A stretch of 63,176 nt of DNA, the filler included, from Octopus bimaculoides (Eukaryota), in assembly GCF_001194135.2 (NCBI RefSeq). It is 10 parts of 8 records of this genome, joined end to end, with 100 filler letters (N's around TTAATTAATTAA, not from the genome) between each part and the next. Parts side by side here need not be neighbours in the genome. Positions count along the whole stretch, not along the records: positions 58,651 to 63,176 come from NC_068992.1; 9 more parts are not named here. One strand, given 5' to 3'. Below, one piece after another: positions 60,152 through 63,176 of this stretch. Within the stretch, counting starts at the first letter, position 1. Each line of letters begins with the position of its first letter. The position numbers were made by a program, and so were the translations under genes. The notes below the pieces were generated by a model that was given only the letters and a program-made list of their open reading frames with translations, searched no databases and was not told the origin of the DNA.

Positions 60152-60914
60152 NNNNNNNNNNNNNNNNNNNNNNNNNNNNNNNNNNNNNNNNNNNNNNNNN
60201 NNNNNNNNNNNNNNNNNNNNNNNNNNNNNNNNNNNNNNNNNNNNNNNNNNNNNNNNNNNNNNNNNNNNNNNNNNNNNNNNNNNNNNNNNNNNNNNNNNNN
60301 NNNNNNNNNNNNNNNNNNNNNNNNNNNNNNNNNNNNNNNNNNNNNNNNNNNNNNNNNNNNNNNNNNNNNNNNNNNNNNNNNNNNNNNNNNNNNNNNNNNN
60401 NNNNNNNNNNNNNNNNNNNNNNNNNNNNNNNNNNNNNNNNNNNNNNNNNNNNNNNNNNNNNNNNNNNNNNNNNNNNNNNNNNNNNNNNNNNNNNNNNNNN
60501 NNNNNNNNNNNNNNNNNNNNNNNNNNNNNNNNNNNNNNNNNNNNNNNNNNNNNNNNNNNNNNNNNNNNNNNNNNNNNNNNNNNNNNNNNNNNNNNNNNNN
60601 NNNNNNNNNNNNNNNNNNNNNNNNNNNNNNNNNNNNNNNNNNNNNNNNNNNNNNNNNNNNNNNNNNNNNNNNNNNNNNNNNNNNNNNNNNNNNNNNNNNN
60701 NNNNNNNNNNNNNNNNNNNNNNNNNNNNNNNNNNNNNNNNNNNNNNNNNNNNNNNNNNNNNNNNNNNNNNNNNNNNNNNNNNNNNNNNNNNNNNNNNNNN
60801 NNNNNNNNNNNNNNNNNNNNNNNNNNNNNNNNNNNNNNNNNNNNNNNNNNNNNNNNNNNNNNNNNNNNNNNNNNNNNNNNNNNNNNNNNNNNNNNNNNNN
60901 NNNNNNNNNNNNNA

Positions 60915-61010
60915 TAGAATAAGTACTAACAAGGCTTACAAAGATTTACTTGACTAAAAGCGCTGCTCCAACATGGCCGCAGTCAAAATGACTGAAACAA
61001 ATAAAAGAAT
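60915..61010 (+). mobile_element. SINE family C 3' tail
   Basis: atagaataagtact...ccaacatggccgcagtcaaaatgactgaaacaaataaaagaa. Confidence 0.85.
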
Positions 61011-61504
61011 ATATATATATATATTATTTTGTTTAAAAAAGTTCCAACACTGTCTGTTTTTTATGTCTTATTTATATTCCTGCAAAACCAATGTGGGATA
61101 TAGAATATGGAATATACAATATATAATATAATATACAATATATAATATAAAATAAAAATGGATGGTACTATGAAATAAAGTATTGAAAGTCTTATTGAAT
61201 ATATGGAATATGTCTTATCGAATAGATGAAATATTGAGTGTTCAATATAAAGGATTAAATATATAAATATATATATGTGTATATACATAGAGAGAGAGGG
61301 GGGAGGGAGAGAGAATATAGATATGTATATACATTCATACACAAATACATACACATTCACTCACACATATATGCAGATACAAAGACACACAAACGCACAC
61401 GCACATACATATGCATACAAACATACACGCATGTATATATAGACGCGCGCACATACACACGCACATTTACATACATTGAAATACTCTGTACAGAGTTACA
61501 ATGC

Positions 61505-62225
61505 TTCGGGAGCCACCACTTTGTCATTCGATGTGGTAGAAATAGCAGCCAAATCTAACTCAAATCACATAAATCTACAGGATTACGTCTGACCTGGTGT
61601 TAAACAACTATTATAACAACAATAACATCAATAGCAGCAACAGCAGCTGCATGTATGCGGTCACTCGACATGGTGAAAACAACAGCTAAATCTACCTCAA
61701 ACCCGACCTAAAAAATGGATACATTCATTGGATAATCTAATACTAGATACCGTTAAAAAGAAAGGGTGGTCACGGTTAGATTGTCGTTGGTCATAACCTG
61801 CATTAAGTCTGAGCTTATTCTATACTAGAAATGTTAAAAATAGTAGCTAAATCATCCTCAAATCACACCTGGCATCTTAAAAACAAGTAGGATTTATTGA
61901 GATAATAAGATAAGACAAAATGGTCACGGTTGGAATCCATTGTTTTTTAGTAGATCAGAACTGACCTAGCGCTATACTAGAAATAGTAACCAAACCACCC
62001 TCGAATCACACTTTAACAAGGAGGCGAAGGATTTATAACATTATTTAGCTAGAGAACGCCTCCTTCCTACCCAGGGACCATTGTCATATGCCTCTACAAA
62101 GGTCATGACTGCTGTGCATTCTGAACAGAGAAAGCATAAAAATGTAAAAAAAAATAACAGGATAGTCACGGTTGGATTGTCTTTGGTCAGAAGTCTTTGA
62201 TCGATCAGGGTTGACTTGACAATAA
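61505..62225 (+). repeat. About four tandem diverged modules of SINE family D
   Basis: Recurring tagaaatag.agc.aaatc..ctcaaatcac and ggtcacggtt(a/g)ga...gtc units. Confidence 0.65.
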
Positions 62226-62239
62226 AGACTCGTACATTA

Positions 62240-63176
62240 TACAACATAGTCACGTGTGTATGTATTATATGCATGTGTGTGTGTATGTATGCATGTATGC
62301 ATGTGTGTATGTATGTATGTGTGTATGTATGTGTGTATGTATGCATGCATGTATGTATGTGTGTGTATGTATGTGTGTGTATGTATATGTGTGTGTACGT
62401 ATGTATGCATCTTTATGCATGTATGTATGGATGTGTATTCATGTATGTGGGTGTATGTATGTATGTTTGTATGGATGTATGGATGTGTGTATGTATGTAT
62501 GTGTGTGTATGTGTGTGTATGTATGTATATATGTATGTATCCATGTATGTATGTATGTATGTATGTGTGTATGTATGTGTATGTATGTGTATGCATGTAT
62601 GTATGTGTGTGTGTATGTATGCATGTGTGTATGTGGGCAGGTAGGTATGTGCGTATGAGTGTATGTATGTGTGTATGCTTGTATGTGCGTATGTGTGTAT
62701 GTATGCGTGTGTGCGCGGATGTGTGTGTATGTGTGTGTACGTATGTATGTGTGTGCGCGTCTGTATGCATGTGCATGTGTGTATGTGTGTACGTATGTGC
62801 GTATGAATATAGATGTATGTGCGTGTATGTATATGTGTGTCTGCGTCTATGTACGTCTGTATATGTTCGCATGTAAATATGCATGCATATGTGTACGTAC
62901 GTTTGTATGAGTCTATGTATGTTTGTTTGTTTGTGTGTGTGTGTGTCTGTGTGTATTCGTGTGTATGTATGCCTGCTTGTAGGTTCTTATGAAAATGTGT
63001 CTGTGTGTATGTAAATGTAATCGTGTCTGTGCTTTTGTGGGTTTGAATCCGCTTCTATCTGTGTATGTATTTGTGTGTATGTTAGAATGAGTGTGCGTGT
63101 GTATATGTCAGTGTATGTGTATTGATGTGTATGTTTGTGTGCGTATGCGCATGCCCGTATATATATATATATATAT
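62240..63176. repeat. Degenerate (TG/TATG)n microsatellite field
   Basis: Directly visible. Confidence 0.95.

Overview
Repeat-rich, gappy animal genomic DNA. The SINE/LINE landscape and dense microsatellites suggest an octopus or other coleoid cephalopod (inference, not verified). Most ORFs in the supplied track are artefacts of microsatellites and N runs. The only host-gene signal I can support is two in-phase spliced exons on the + strand (49439-49573, 50596-50681) encoding TM7-TM9 of an SLC22-like MFS transporter. The rest is decayed mobile DNA: four tRNA-derived SINE families, RTE, R4/Dong-like, Tx1-like and CR1/L2-like LINE fragments, a Penelope-like element with an open GIY-YIG ORF, a Gypsy element with LTR and PBS, copia, hAT and mariner remnants, and MITE-like foldbacks. 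The most notable hidden feature is about 11 minimal type-I hammerhead-ribozyme-like motifs of the Penelope-associated kind. They include a two-copy family with core AUGAUUA (A3-U8 replacing the C3-G8 pair), a family lacking A6, one motif with an 86-nt helix II insertion, and motifs enclosed by near-perfect inverted repeats. None is shown to cleave. Nine 100-bp spacers (44 N, TTAATTAATTAA, 44 N) are probably artificial joins, so adjacency across them is unreliable. SINE and TE boundaries are approximate (about +/-20 bp).
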